A stretch of 32,000 bases of DNA from Thermodesulforhabdaceae bacterium (GCA_037482015.1 JBBFKT010000003.1:22645-54644), one strand, 5' to 3'. Shown: positions 8,621 through 18,756, numbered from the stretch's first letter. Notes: generated by a model not told the origin, from the sequence alone. Made by a program: numbers and translations.

Positions 8621-8955
8621 GGATAGGGGCGGTCAGTTTGACCGATCCCCTCCCACACCACCCGGCATGCGGGTCCGCACCGGGCGGTTCGAGAAGTTGA
8701 GTCGGATTTACGCCACTTCGCCTTGATCACGAGAGCTTCGCAGACTTCGGCCCGCTCGCCCTGCTCCGCACTCCCTCCCCGTTGACGGGGAGGGCTGGGG
8801 AGGGGTCCGGTTCTTGTCCATCGGCTCGCAGTTTCGTTCCACGCTTCCTCCCCACACTCGGTCACCCTCGTGCAGTTGCGCTTCCCTTCGCTCGCTGTGA
8901 TCAACTCACGGGAGGACTTTCACCTCCAGGAGCACGCCCATGCCGTGCCCCTACA
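8621..8955. other. GC-rich non-coding structured island with hairpin-bearing ends. Identity unknown; candidates are a REP/MITE-type repeat or a structured ncRNA.
   Basis: My hand count gives 216 G+C in 335 nt (about 64%), against visibly AT-richer flanks. It contains at least five local hairpins (8626-8650, 8661-8684, 8773-8794, 8911-8927, 8932-8948). Both ends carry TAGGGGC/GCCCCTA next to a hairpin. The only ORFs are low-complexity and implausible. Confidence 0.5.
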
Positions 8956-9142
8956 ATTCTGAACCTATTGCCAGGACAACCCTGCATGGAAAAAATTTTC
9001 GAACAATCTCAGCCTATTAAGAAAAGGGAGAGCCCAATAAAATTACTCTCTTGCTTTTCTTGAATATTGTGTTTTGATTATTTCGTAAGTTCCAGGGAAA
9101 CACAACCATCCTCAAATAAAAATACAAAGGGACGCAAAAGCC

Positions 9143-11167
9143 TTGACTGGGGCTCGTAATGGTCAACTGATTGAGAAAATAAAAGAAGTTGCCGATATTC
9201 TGGACATAGTGGGAGAGGCAGTCAATCTTCGTCGGGCTGGACGCTACTACGTCGGGCTATGTCCTTTTCATGCGGAAAAAACGCCGTCGTTTTACGTTGA
9301 CCATCAACGTCAAATCTTTCACTGTTTTGGCTGCGGAGCTGGGGGAGATGTTATCAAGTTCGTTATGCAACATCGAGGGCTGTCTTTCCCTGAAGCCATA
9401 GAATTTCTTGCAGACCGATACAACATAAGGATAGAAACAAGCCGCCCAGGAACAGAAGCAAATCGCACTTCATTACTTCTTCAATACATAGCCGTTGCGG
9501 AAGAATTTTACTACCAGCAACTACGTTACAGTTCTGAAGGAAGTGTAGCTAGAGAATACCTCAAGAAACGACAGATTGATGAACGTATCGTAGAGGAACA
9601 ACGCCTTGGTTATGCACCTCAAAGCTGGGATGCACTGGTTCGACACTTTAAAAACAAAGGGTTAGATCTTCAAAAGGGCGTAGAGCTTGGATTGTTTGCG
9701 GTAGCATCTAATCGATCAGGAGAAAAATTCTATGATCGGTTTCGCAACAGGCTGATATTCCCTATAAGAAATCATCGGGGTAAGGTCATCGCTTTTGGGG
9801 GAAGAACTTTAGCGGAAGGGGATTCATCTAATGAACCTAAATATTTGAACAGCCCCGAATCTGAAATTTACCGAAAACGATCAACTCTCTACCAATTCCA
9901 CCTAGCTCAAGAAGCATGTCGCAAAGAAAAGCGTCAAATAATTCTTGTAGAAGGCTATATGGATGCTCTTGCCTTCCACCGTGTTGGTTTTTATCGAGCG
10001 GTGGCGACTCTTGGCACAGCTCTAACCCCCCAGCAAGCTAGACTTATAAAGCGTATTGCCGACGAAGTTTTGCTTGTTTATGATGGAGATGAAGCGGGAA
10101 TAAAAGCAATGATCCGTAATTTCCCTGTGCTTGCTCAGGAAGGTCTGCAGGCTTTTTGTGTTGTGCTTCCTGACGGAATGGATCCCGATGATTTTTTCCG
10201 CAATCATTCTCTGACTGATTTCGAAAACCTTATGAATTCAAAGATGGACCTGGGAGAATTCGCCATAGATGAAATACTCAAAAGCTGGGATGGATCTACC
10301 AACGGCAAAATGAAGGTATTGTCTGATCTTTTCAATTATCTAGAAGCCATATCCCATCCGGTGATGCAGGCAGAATACATAAAAATGGCGGGCATAAAAC
10401 TAGGACTTTCTGATGAAGTCATAAACAAACAGTTTAAGTTGTGGTCTAAGTCTTCCAAATCGCCAATGCCTGGAGAATTTCCTTCCATCAATTATTCTGG
10501 CAAAGTCGATCTGATAAAAGCGAAATCCCACTTTGTGCAACATTCAAATGCTGCTAATTCATCAAAAAAATATTCTCCCCGAGAAACATACATGGATACA
10601 TCCCCACCTTCTCTGGAAGAAGAAATCCTTAAAATCCTTGTTACCTATCCTCATACTGTGGAAGTAATAGCTCACAAAAATTGCTGGGAATATCTTCTGG
10701 GAAACGACGTAGAAGCTTACGATAGATGTAATCCCGGTCAGGAACTCACCAGGTTGATTTTTAAAGGTTTTTATGAAGAATGGCTTGAAATTTCTTCCAA
10801 TGAATGGAATAAGAACAAATTTTGTATAGATCAAATCTATGACCGTGTCCAAGATCCAAAGGCACGGAACTTACTTTCTAAGATCATTTTTGAAAGCAAG
10901 CTGGATATAGGTGAATCGACGGCTAGATTGTTTCTCAATGACTACCTGGGGGCACTTGAGAAACAGTTTTTAAAGGAACGCCGTAATTATCTTGTGAGAA
11001 AACTTGCCGAAGCTGAAAAAAAAGGTGATGTTGAAAGTATAAAGGACACTTTACGCAAAATACAATGTCTTATGGAGGTTAAAAATCATAACAGACACAA
11101 AACCTTTGGAAATTCTGAGAGGGGGACGGTGAAAGACGATGGGCACAACTTCTACAAAAAACCATGA
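9143..11167 (+). CDS. dnaG: DNA primase
   Basis: Zinc-ribbon [29 protein letters not shown], the [14 protein letters not shown] motif and VYDGDEAG. The only in-frame start near the conserved N-terminus is TTG at 9143. At 674 aa it has a long C-terminal region. Confidence 0.92.
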   Translation: MTGARNGQLIEKIKEVADILDIVGEAVNLRRAGRYYVGLCPFHAEKTPSFYVDHQRQIFHCFGCGAGGDVIKFVMQHRGLSFPEAIEFLADRYNIRIETSRPGTEANRTSLLLQYIAVAEEFYYQQLRYSSEGSVAREYLKKRQIDERIVEEQRLGYAPQSWDALVRHFKNKGLDLQKGVELGLFAVASNRSGEKFYDRFRNRLIFPIRNHRGKVIAFGGRTLAEGDSSNEPKYLNSPESEIYRKRSTLYQFHLAQEACRKEKRQIILVEGYMDALAFHRVGFYRAVATLGTALTPQQARLIKRIADEVLLVYDGDEAGIKAMIRNFPVLAQEGLQAFCVVLPDGMDPDDFFRNHSLTDFENLMNSKMDLGEFAIDEILKSWDGSTNGKMKVLSDLFNYLEAISHPVMQAEYIKMAGIKLGLSDEVINKQFKLWSKSSKSPMPGEFPSINYSGKVDLIKAKSHFVQHSNAANSSKKYSPRETYMDTSPPSLEEEILKILVTYPHTVEVIAHKNCWEYLLGNDVEAYDRCNPGQELTRLIFKGFYEEWLEISSNEWNKNKFCIDQIYDRVQDPKARNLLSKIIFESKLDIGESTARLFLNDYLGALEKQFLKERRNYLVRKLAEAEKKGDVESIKDTLRKIQCLMEVKNHNRHKTFGNSERGTVKDDGHNFYKKP

Positions 11168-12920
11168 CAAGCAGGTCAATATGGACGAACTAAGAGACCT
11201 AATCTCTAAAGGAAAAGAAAAAGGTTACCTGACTTACGATGAACTTAACGAAGCGCTTCCTGAAGAAGCGCTTTCGCCAGACAAACTTGACGATATGATC
11301 ACAATCTTCGATGAGATGGAGATAGAAATCGTCGATTCTGAAGACGATTTCGCTGCTCTAAGGGCCAAAACTGTCAGCACACCGGTAATGGGATCCATTG
11401 AAGATGAAGCAACTGTAGAAGAGGAAGATCTAACCTACGACGATATGTCAGCTCGAGTGGCCGATCCGGTCAGAATGTATCTCAAGGAGATGGGACAGGT
11501 AGCTCTGCTAAGTCGGGAAGAAGAAGTGGAAATCGCAAAGCGAATTGAAATTGCGGAGCGAGAAGTGTTCAATGCCATTATGGAATCGTCCATAGGAGTA
11601 AAGGAAATACTATCAATTCGAGAAAAACTCGAAGATGGTAGGCTTGATGTTTTCCAGGTTCTCAAAGACTTAGACGAAGACATAACCGACGAAGAAAAAG
11701 AGGAACTAAAGCAAAAGTTAATTTCTATCCTTAATCGAGTTGAAGAATTGGATACAGAAAACAGATCACTTCAGGTCAAAATCCTGGAAGAAGACATCTC
11801 AACCGAAGAAAAAGAAAATATTCAAAAGCAAATAGAAATAAACCGCGATGAGATTGCATCTCTTCTTAAGGAACTTCAGCTTGGCAAAAGCCAGATTGAT
11901 GCCGTGGTGGACAAGCTCAAACTGTATCTTCATGAAATAGAGCGGTGCGAAAGAGAAGTCAGAAAGTGCGAAACCAAGTGTGGAAAACCCATTACTCAAC
12001 TCGAAGAAATATACGGACGGGAATCTTCTAAACCCGTCTCTACTGATGTTCATTATATCGACGAACAATTTTTAAAACTCATATCCAAGGCTTTAGAAGC
12101 TCAGGAAAAGATAAAAAAGCTCGAACTGGAAGCCAAAATTGATGTCAAAACTCTTAGAGACATCCTGCATAGAGTTGAAACGGGGATGAGAAAGGCCAAG
12201 CAGGCAAAAACGGAACTGATTGAAGCGAACCTGAGGCTTGTTGTTAGCATAGCAAAAAAATACACCAACAGGGGCTTGCAGTTCCTGGATCTTATTCAGG
12301 AAGGTAACATCGGATTAATGAAAGCTGTGGATAAGTTTGAATACCAGAGAGGCTATAAATTCAGCACTTATGCCACCTGGTGGATACGGCAGGCCATCAC
12401 CAGGGCTATTGCTGACCAGGCTAGAACCATACGAATTCCTGTGCACATGATTGAAACCATCAATAAGCTCATAAAAACATCTCGTTACCTGGTGCAGGAA
12501 CTTGGAAGAGAGCCAACACCCGAAGAAATAGCTGAAAAAATGGAACTTCCGGTGGACAAGGTTCGTAAAATCCTGAAGATCGCAAAGGAACCCATAAGCC
12601 TTGAAACTCCTATAGGAGAAGAAGAAGACAGTCATCTTGGCGACTTCATAGAGGACAAAAAAATTGTGAATCCTGCTGATGCAGTCATCAGTCTAAATCT
12701 TGCTGATAAAACCAGAAGAGTGCTGGCAACCCTTACACCCAGAGAAGAAAAAGTTCTGCGCATGAGATTCGGCATAGGAACAAAGGCGGATCATACCTTA
12801 GAAGAAGTCGGACAGGAATTCCATGTGACGAGAGAACGTATCCGCCAGATAGAAGCTAAAGCTCTAAGAAAATTAAGACACCCCAACAGGAAAAAGGAAT
12901 TGAAGGGCTTTGCTGAGTAG
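11139..12920 (+). CDS. rpoD: RNA polymerase primary sigma factor (sigma-70)
   Basis: Regions 2-4 are unmistakable ([54 protein letters not shown]; [29 protein letters not shown]). The start is either 11139, which overlaps the dnaG end by 29 nt, or the in-frame ATG at 11181. Confidence 0.95.
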   Translation: MGTTSTKNHDKQVNMDELRDLISKGKEKGYLTYDELNEALPEEALSPDKLDDMITIFDEMEIEIVDSEDDFAALRAKTVSTPVMGSIEDEATVEEEDLTYDDMSARVADPVRMYLKEMGQVALLSREEEVEIAKRIEIAEREVFNAIMESSIGVKEILSIREKLEDGRLDVFQVLKDLDEDITDEEKEELKQKLISILNRVEELDTENRSLQVKILEEDISTEEKENIQKQIEINRDEIASLLKELQLGKSQIDAVVDKLKLYLHEIERCEREVRKCETKCGKPITQLEEIYGRESSKPVSTDVHYIDEQFLKLISKALEAQEKIKKLELEAKIDVKTLRDILHRVETGMRKAKQAKTELIEANLRLVVSIAKKYTNRGLQFLDLIQEGNIGLMKAVDKFEYQRGYKFSTYATWWIRQAITRAIADQARTIRIPVHMIETINKLIKTSRYLVQELGREPTPEEIAEKMELPVDKVRKILKIAKEPISLETPIGEEEDSHLGDFIEDKKIVNPADAVISLNLADKTRRVLATLTPREEKVLRMRFGIGTKADHTLEEVGQEFHVTRERIRQIEAKALRKLRHPNRKKELKGFAE

Positions 12921-13078
12921 GAAAAAACTGGACACCACAACAGTGAAAAACAGAGTAGAAGCGATAAATTTTTCTTTCTGTTCTCCAATCGTTAACGTAT
13001 GCACTCGATAGTCGGTCAAAATTAGGATTTGATAGATACGGCAGGGAAAAGAACCATATTAAGAGGAATTTTATCGAC

Positions 13079-13106
13079 AAGGGGCGCAGGAGACCGAGCG
13101 CCCCTT
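13079..13106. terminator. Stem-loop between convergent rpoD and the 89-aa ORF (candidate bidirectional terminator)
   Basis: Perfect 9-bp stem AAGGGGCGC/GCGCCCCTT with a 10-nt loop. The U-tracts are poor on both strands (CCATTTCTC on +). Confidence 0.45.
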
Positions 13107-13118
13107 CCATTTCTCAAA

Positions 13119-13388
13119 CTAGTGGCTTTCATCGTCTTTCAAAAACAACCGATGGTATTCCTCTTCTGAAAGATGAGCCTTCAGGAACCTAAAGATTAGC
13201 TCGAACAATTCGGAAATCTCATTATCAGTTAGTCGCGGCACAAGCACCTTAAGAAGTTCGTCATCGGAGAATTTCTGGAGAAGATACATTATAGATTTTT
13301 CATCGATCTCTCTGGAAAAACCAAGAGCCACCATTCCGTCGTATTCATCAACAAATCTGTGGGAATGCTTCAAATTACGCATGCTCAT
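13119..13388 (-). CDS. Small acidic helical protein of unknown function
   Basis: 89 aa, 24 nt downstream of the inositol-phosphate synthase gene on the same strand. The sequence looks amphipathic-helical (DDELLKVLVPRLTDNEISELFELIFRFLKAHLSEEEYHRLF). I recognise no family. Confidence 0.6.
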   Translation of the reverse strand: MSMRNLKHSHRFVDEYDGMVALGFSREIDEKSIMYLLQKFSDDELLKVLVPRLTDNEISELFELIFRFLKAHLSEEEYHRLFLKDDESH

Positions 13389-13412
13389 ACCTGTAGGGAT
13401 AGGCTGCTTGTT

Positions 13413-14759
13413 TTATTCTGATCCATTTTCCATGTAATAATCCAGCCCGAAATGAGTAATCTGTTCTTCCCCCATTAAGTAGCGAAGAGTATTTTTCAGC
13501 TTCATGTGCTGAATGAACAAATCGTGCTCAGGATAGAGATTGCTTTTATGCATTGGGCTCTTGAAGTAGAAAGAAAGCCACTCCTGAATGCCGCTCATAT
13601 TAGCTCTTCTAGCAAGATCCACAAAAAGAACAAGATCCAGCACCAAAGGTGCCGCCAGGATGCTGTCTCTACACTGAAAATCGATCTTAATGTGCATTGG
13701 ATATCCAAGCCAACCGAAAATATCGATGCAGTCCCACCCTTCCTTATTGTCACCTCGAGGCGGGTAATAATTTATGGTCACTTTATGGTAATAATTCTTA
13801 TACAGCGTGGGATAAAGGTGAGGCTGAAGTATATAATCTAACACAGAGAGTTTGCTTTCTTCCTTTGTCTTGAAGGAACCTTCATCATCGAGCACAAGTC
13901 CATCGCGATTTCCGAGAATGTTCGTCGAATACCATCCCTCAAGACCAAGCATACGAGCTTTGAGTCCTGGAGCAATGATGGTTTTCATGAGAGTCTGACC
14001 CGTTTTAAAATCCTTTCCCGCTATGGGAACCCTATTTCGATTAGCAAGTTCTATTAAAGCAGGAATATCAACTGTAAGATTCGGCGCTCCGTTTATGAAA
14101 GGAATTCCCATTTCAAGAGCTGCCAGAGCGTAAAGCATGCTGGGAGCAATGCTCGGATGATTCTTTTCTACAGCATCGAGAAAGGCATCCAAAGATTCAT
14201 GAATCGGCTCTTGTTTGATATACACTTCGGTGCTTCCACACCAGATCATAACGCAGCGAGAAACTTTTTCACGGTCACAGAAATTACGAATATCTTCCTT
14301 CAGAGCTTCCACCAATTCACGATAGTTCTTTCCTTCCTTTATATGAGTCCCATCGAGATTTCTCACAAATCTTCTATCGAAAACCGCTGTCATGGGCACA
14401 ATGCTTGCCAAAAAATCCCTTATTGGTTCAATGTGATCTCGCTGGAGGACTCGAGCGTATTTAGCTGCTTCGTATAGATTCGCTTCATAAATATCCCATC
14501 CCGCAAACACCAGATCACTTGGTTCGGCAAGAGGCACAAATTCTTTGATCTTCGGTGCTCTTCGTTCATAGCGCTTGCCCAGACGAATAGTTCCAAGCTG
14601 AGTCAGCGACCCTACCGGTTCTCCCATGTTACGCCGTATTAGTTCCACCCCGGCAATAAAGGTAGTGCTTACCGCTCCACCAATACCTGGTATAAGAACA
14701 CCAAGTTTACCAACGGGCTTTTCAATCTGGTCTTTCCGCTTAATATCCTTTTCTTTCAA
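13413..14759 (-). CDS. ino1: myo-Inositol-1-phosphate synthase (inositol-3-phosphate synthase)
   Basis: 448 aa. N-terminal Rossmann GVLIPGIGGAVSTTFIAG, then GKDFKTGQT and WYSTNILGNRDG, all characteristic of the MIPS family. TTG start at 14759 preceded by GGAGGG. Confidence 0.88.
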   Translation of the reverse strand: MKEKDIKRKDQIEKPVGKLGVLIPGIGGAVSTTFIAGVELIRRNMGEPVGSLTQLGTIRLGKRYERRAPKIKEFVPLAEPSDLVFAGWDIYEANLYEAAKYARVLQRDHIEPIRDFLASIVPMTAVFDRRFVRNLDGTHIKEGKNYRELVEALKEDIRNFCDREKVSRCVMIWCGSTEVYIKQEPIHESLDAFLDAVEKNHPSIAPSMLYALAALEMGIPFINGAPNLTVDIPALIELANRNRVPIAGKDFKTGQTLMKTIIAPGLKARMLGLEGWYSTNILGNRDGLVLDDEGSFKTKEESKLSVLDYILQPHLYPTLYKNYYHKVTINYYPPRGDNKEGWDCIDIFGWLGYPMHIKIDFQCRDSILAAPLVLDLVLFVDLARRANMSGIQEWLSFYFKSPMHKSNLYPEHDLFIQHMKLKNTLRYLMGEEQITHFGLDYYMENGSE

Positions 14760-14883
14760 GGCTTTCCCTCCAGCTAACCAATTTCTCCCAGATGAACCCC
14801 TGGGAATCTTTCATCCCCAAGGGCACAATAGACTCAAACTTCGAGAAAAGTCAATTAACCTAAAACCAACTTCATTGAAAAAT

Positions 14884-15960
14884 TTAACGCTTCGACATGA
14901 GAGCCATCCGCTCCTGAAAGATTTTCATGTAAGTCTCCTTAAGAGATGGCGGAATTTCCTTCTGTTCAGAAGCAGGCTTTTCCTGAAGCGTTAGAGCTCC
15001 TTCGGGACAGGTGGTAACACAAAGTCCACATCCAATGCACCGATCCCTGTTAAGCACGGCAGATTCTTCACCAAGAGAAATAGCTTCCATCTGGCAACGA
15101 TCAACACAGATTCCGCATAACACACAAAGAGACTCATCAAGGTTGGCAACATAACGAGAAACTACAAAATGAGCTGGTTTGGGAAGTTTTTTAAGATTCT
15201 TAAGGATCTGACAACAACAACCACAGCAGGTGCACATGGCGGTTATTTTCTGAGCGTTGGATGGCTCGAGAACCCGTCCGTCCCGCTCTGCTTCCTTTAT
15301 AATTTCAAGAGCTTCTTCTTTGGTTATAAGCCGCCCAAGACCGTTATCAACGTAATACTGGGCTCCTACTCCAAACACTAAACAAGACTCCAAAGGACGA
15401 TCGCACCCATTACCGCTCATCCTGTGCTCTTTGCGGCAAATACAAGGAGCAACGGCAATAACTTCTTCACTCTCTATGAGCTTTCTAGCGTCTTCATAAG
15501 GCATAATGGACTGTTGAGCCGTAATGGCTCCCGGGATAGGAACAACGCGAAGTTGAGGCGTCTTAAGGTTCATAAGGTGCTGAAAGAAATAGGGCAAATA
15601 CTCACGGAGATCAGCAATAAGTTCAGGAGTTAAACTATTTACATGATACTCCCAGATGCCTACAACAAACTGAGCAGCCATATACCTTTTTTCAGAGCCT
15701 TTTCTAACTCTGAAAATAAGCCCTTTTTTAGCCATGTTCTCAAGTCGCTCAGCAACTTCATCAACATTGCCGCCCACTTTCTGAGCAATCTCTTCCGGGG
15801 TTTCAAGCTTGAAAGTAAGTTTGCTCGCAAGTAGTGCTTCTTCGGGAGTAAACAAACGCTTCAGAATTCTGATTTCCACCCTAGACGGCGTTCTAGGATA
15901 TCCCGCCGGCAAACGATTTAGATGATCTGCAAGCATTTCGTAAACGTTATCATTCACCAT
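14884..15960 (-). CDS. Fe-S cluster protein: N-terminal winged-helix-like domain, Cys-rich middle region and a C-terminal 2x[4Fe-4S] ferredoxin domain
   Basis: 358 aa. Motifs CICRKEHRMSGNGCDRPLESC, CTCCGCCC, and CVLCGICVDRC plus CIGCGLCVTTCP. Function unknown. Confidence 0.8.
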   Translation of the reverse strand: MVNDNVYEMLADHLNRLPAGYPRTPSRVEIRILKRLFTPEEALLASKLTFKLETPEEIAQKVGGNVDEVAERLENMAKKGLIFRVRKGSEKRYMAAQFVVGIWEYHVNSLTPELIADLREYLPYFFQHLMNLKTPQLRVVPIPGAITAQQSIMPYEDARKLIESEEVIAVAPCICRKEHRMSGNGCDRPLESCLVFGVGAQYYVDNGLGRLITKEEALEIIKEAERDGRVLEPSNAQKITAMCTCCGCCCQILKNLKKLPKPAHFVVSRYVANLDESLCVLCGICVDRCQMEAISLGEESAVLNRDRCIGCGLCVTTCPEGALTLQEKPASEQKEIPPSLKETYMKIFQERMALMSKR

Positions 15961-16135
15961 TTCCTTCTCCTCCCCCTCTTCTTAGAAATCACATCACAAT
16001 ACAAAACCAACCGTCTGGTTATAAAAACTCAAAGCACCTTGCAAGGAAAAAGATCATACTATAAAACTCACAAGACAATCCTTCAGGAACTTTTTACGGC
16101 GATAGGGCGCATTGAGAAATGACCATTAAACGTCG

Positions 16136-17071
16136 ATGATCAGAGGTAATGAAGAAAACATGCTCCACAATAAAGTAAAAATCGCCATTGCTGTTATTAT
16201 AGCCATTTGCGCTATTTCCTCCGCATCCATTTTAATAAGACTTACCGAAGCTCCAGCTCTAACAATTGCCTTTTACCGAGTGTTCATAGGGACAGGTATC
16301 TATTTCCCCTTTGTGCTTATCCAAAGAAAGGTAAATACTGAGGCGTTTCATAAAGCAAAAGCGCCTTACAGGATGCTTCTAGTATGTTTTGCTGGAGTAT
16401 GTCTTGCCGCCCATTTTGGCTTCTGGATCTCTTCACTCCGCCATACATCCATTGCAAGTTCAGTAAGCCTTGTTAACACAAGCCCCATTTTTGTGGCGCT
16501 TTTCTATCGCTTTTCAAAAAATTATCCCAGCGAACTGGGAAATCGTCCAGGATGGATCTGGGCGGGGGTAATTTTGGGAATGATTGGAAGTATTGGCCTT
16601 GCTGGAAGTGATTTATTTAACCCCGAAGGACATTCTCTTTTCGGAGATTTTCTAGCTGTCATGGGCGCTATCAGTTTAGCCGGCTATCTTGTCACAGGAA
16701 GAATAATCGGTTCCAGCATTCCAACCGCAACTTATCTTACCTGTGTTTACGGATCTTCCAGCATTATTCTTTTCTTACTGTGCCTTCTTACCGCATCTCC
16801 TCTGTTTAACTTCACCCAAAAAACCTACCTCATGCTATTCCTGATCGGGCTGGTGCCTCAAGGCATTGGACATTCCCTGATAAACTGGTCTCTTCGTCAC
16901 CTTCCTGCAACCATTGTATCCCTCTTCGTAATAGCCGAACCTATAGGAGCAACCGTTCTTGCAGCTTTGATTTTGAGGGAATATCCGGGCATTTCAACTA
17001 TAGTATTTATGGCTCTAATTGTAGCTGGAATATCAATGAGTAACTTCGCTTTTGCAAAACAAAAACCCTAA
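16136..17071 (+). CDS. EamA/DMT-superfamily permease
   Basis: 311 aa with about 10 hydrophobic segments in two similar halves, typical of EamA duplications. An alternative start is the ATG at 16160. Confidence 0.8.
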   Translation: MIRGNEENMLHNKVKIAIAVIIAICAISSASILIRLTEAPALTIAFYRVFIGTGIYFPFVLIQRKVNTEAFHKAKAPYRMLLVCFAGVCLAAHFGFWISSLRHTSIASSVSLVNTSPIFVALFYRFSKNYPSELGNRPGWIWAGVILGMIGSIGLAGSDLFNPEGHSLFGDFLAVMGAISLAGYLVTGRIIGSSIPTATYLTCVYGSSSIILFLLCLLTASPLFNFTQKTYLMLFLIGLVPQGIGHSLINWSLRHLPATIVSLFVIAEPIGATVLAALILREYPGISTIVFMALIVAGISMSNFAFAKQKP

Positions 17072-18756
17072 TTTTTCCACGGTTTTTCTAACATGAGCTT
17101 TTTCATGCTTGCCCGATCCTTTGTATTCCACACATCGCCGGCGCTTAACCATCCCTTTCTAGCAGTAAGAATGCCGTAGCGAAGGTAAAAATCTCCACGA
17201 TTGTGGGCATCGGGGTTTATACTTACAGGTATTCCAAGAGCCTTTGCTTTTCTACAGTTTTTCCAATCGATATCCAATCTGTAGGGATGAGAATTTAATT
17301 CCAGGATTTTCCCATACTCCTTTGCTTTTTCTAAGACAGCGTCCATATCCACGTCATAGCCAGGTCTTGCCAGCAAGAGCCTTCCTGTCGGGTGCCCCAG
17401 CATAGTAAGACAGGGATGACTCAGAGCCTTCAATATGCGATCTGTCATGGTTTTTCTGTCCATCTTAAAATGGCTGTGGATTGAACCTATTACGAAGTCA
17501 AAAGATTCCAGAATTCTGTCCGGGTAATCGAGAGACCCATCTGGACGAATGTCTGACTCAATGCCCCAATAAATATCAATTTGTGGATAGCGTTCCCTAA
17601 TAATTTCCACTTCTTCTCGCTGCCTTTTTAGCTTTTCTCCTGTTAATCCTCCCGCGTAAGCTGCAGAAACGGAATGATCCGAAATGCCCACATATTCGTA
17701 ACCGAGCTCCAGACAGATCCGGACAATTCTTTCAAGTTCTAAAGCTCCATCACTTGCGGTAGTATGAATATGGAAAATCCCCTTTATATCGCGCTCTTCT
17801 ATCAAAATCGGGATTTCGTTTTTTCGAGCAAATTCAACTTCCCCAAGACCTTCCCTCAGTTCTGGGGGAATAAAGGAAAGTCCCAGGCTCCCGTAAAGTT
17901 CGGCTTCGTCTGCAAATTTCTGTAAGAGCAAATAACCAGGCTCTACCCCCAGATCTCTTACATGGTCTTTGTTTCCCGTATAGACAACAAGTGGACCAGC
18001 ACCATGCGCCTGTCTAATATCAACAACCATGTTCTGGAAGTTCCCAACCACACGAGTGTAACCAAATTCGTCAAATAAAATACTAAAGGATTGAAGCAAA
18101 TTCACCCGAGCCAGTTCATCAATCCACTGAGACCCATCCACATCAATCAGGATATCCACATCATCGGTATATTCCTGAAAGCGCCTGAGAGCTCCAACAA
18201 GAGTCACACTTCGAACACTTTTAAGATCCCGCAACAGGCTTAAGATCTCATCAGCCACAGCATAAGCATCTGGAGCATGACGAAATTTCTGGATCTTTTT
18301 TAGATTTTCGATAGCCGAAAGAATCTTCTCCTGGCTCCTGAGACCAAAACCTTTTATGCTGACGAGACGATTTTCAAGGCAGGCGTATTCGAGTTCACCT
18401 AAGGAGGTTATGCCGAGTTGAATATAAAGAGCTTTTACTTTTTTTGAACCAAGTCCGGGAATTCGAAGTAAGTCTAACAAACCGGCAGGAAAATTCTTCT
18501 TAAGTTTTTCATATTCTGAAAAAGTTCCTTCGGTGCACCATTCCGATATATAGCGAGCAATAGCCTTACCTATACCGGCGAGAGTTTCAAGTTCTCCTTG
18601 CTTTGCTAAAAGGCACACATCCTCTTGAAGAGACTCCACTATGCTAGCGGCTCGCTCAAAAGCTCTAGATCGAAAAACATTTTCATCCATTATTTCAAGC
18701 ATAACCGCAGTAAGCCTAAAAAGCTCCCCAAGGTCTTTATTACTATGATCGGTCAT
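17068..18756 (-). CDS. polX: Family X DNA polymerase with C-terminal PHP phosphoesterase domain (PolX)
   Basis: 562 aa. N-terminal helix-hairpin-helix Pol-beta-like region (IPGLGSKKVKAL, LAGIGKAIA) and PHP motifs (FHIHTTASDG, ISDHS). Its stop overlaps the convergent EamA stop. Confidence 0.9.
   Translation of the reverse strand: MTDHSNKDLGELFRLTAVMLEIMDENVFRSRAFERAASIVESLQEDVCLLAKQGELETLAGIGKAIARYISEWCTEGTFSEYEKLKKNFPAGLLDLLRIPGLGSKKVKALYIQLGITSLGELEYACLENRLVSIKGFGLRSQEKILSAIENLKKIQKFRHAPDAYAVADEILSLLRDLKSVRSVTLVGALRRFQEYTDDVDILIDVDGSQWIDELARVNLLQSFSILFDEFGYTRVVGNFQNMVVDIRQAHGAGPLVVYTGNKDHVRDLGVEPGYLLLQKFADEAELYGSLGLSFIPPELREGLGEVEFARKNEIPILIEERDIKGIFHIHTTASDGALELERIVRICLELGYEYVGISDHSVSAAYAGGLTGEKLKRQREEVEIIRERYPQIDIYWGIESDIRPDGSLDYPDRILESFDFVIGSIHSHFKMDRKTMTDRILKALSHPCLTMLGHPTGRLLLARPGYDVDMDAVLEKAKEYGKILELNSHPYRLDIDWKNCRKAKALGIPVSINPDAHNRGDFYLRYGILTARKGWLSAGDVWNTKDRASMKKLMLEKPWKN

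Noticed and set aside
8621-8955. The GC-rich island as RNase P RNA, tmRNA, SRP RNA or an ORF-less group II intron
   Set aside because: Minus-strand fragments such as GGAGGTGAAAGTCC and ACAAGAACCGGAC faintly echo RNase P P4 strands. However, they are only ~100 nt apart, in a context too short, and the other conserved regions are absent or out of order. There is no tRNA-like 3' end for tmRNA. The hairpin at 8661-8684 has a domain-V-like 2-nt bulge, but there is no GNRA loop, no GUGYG 5' end at a suitable distance, no proper domain VI and no RT.
8602-9063. ORFs of 100 aa (-, 8602-8904) and 93 aa (+, 8782-9063) inside the GC-rich island
   Set aside because: Their composition is Arg/Gly/Pro/Ser/Cys-rich and low-complexity, as expected from reading GC-rich structured DNA. 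They have no RBS and overlap each other on opposite strands. The region is better explained as non-coding.
12856-13110. An 84-aa minus-strand ORF spanning the rpoD 3' end and the rpoD/89-aa intergenic region
   Set aside because: It overlaps the rpoD coding end and the terminator hairpin. There is no RBS and the sequence is hydrophobic and low-information.
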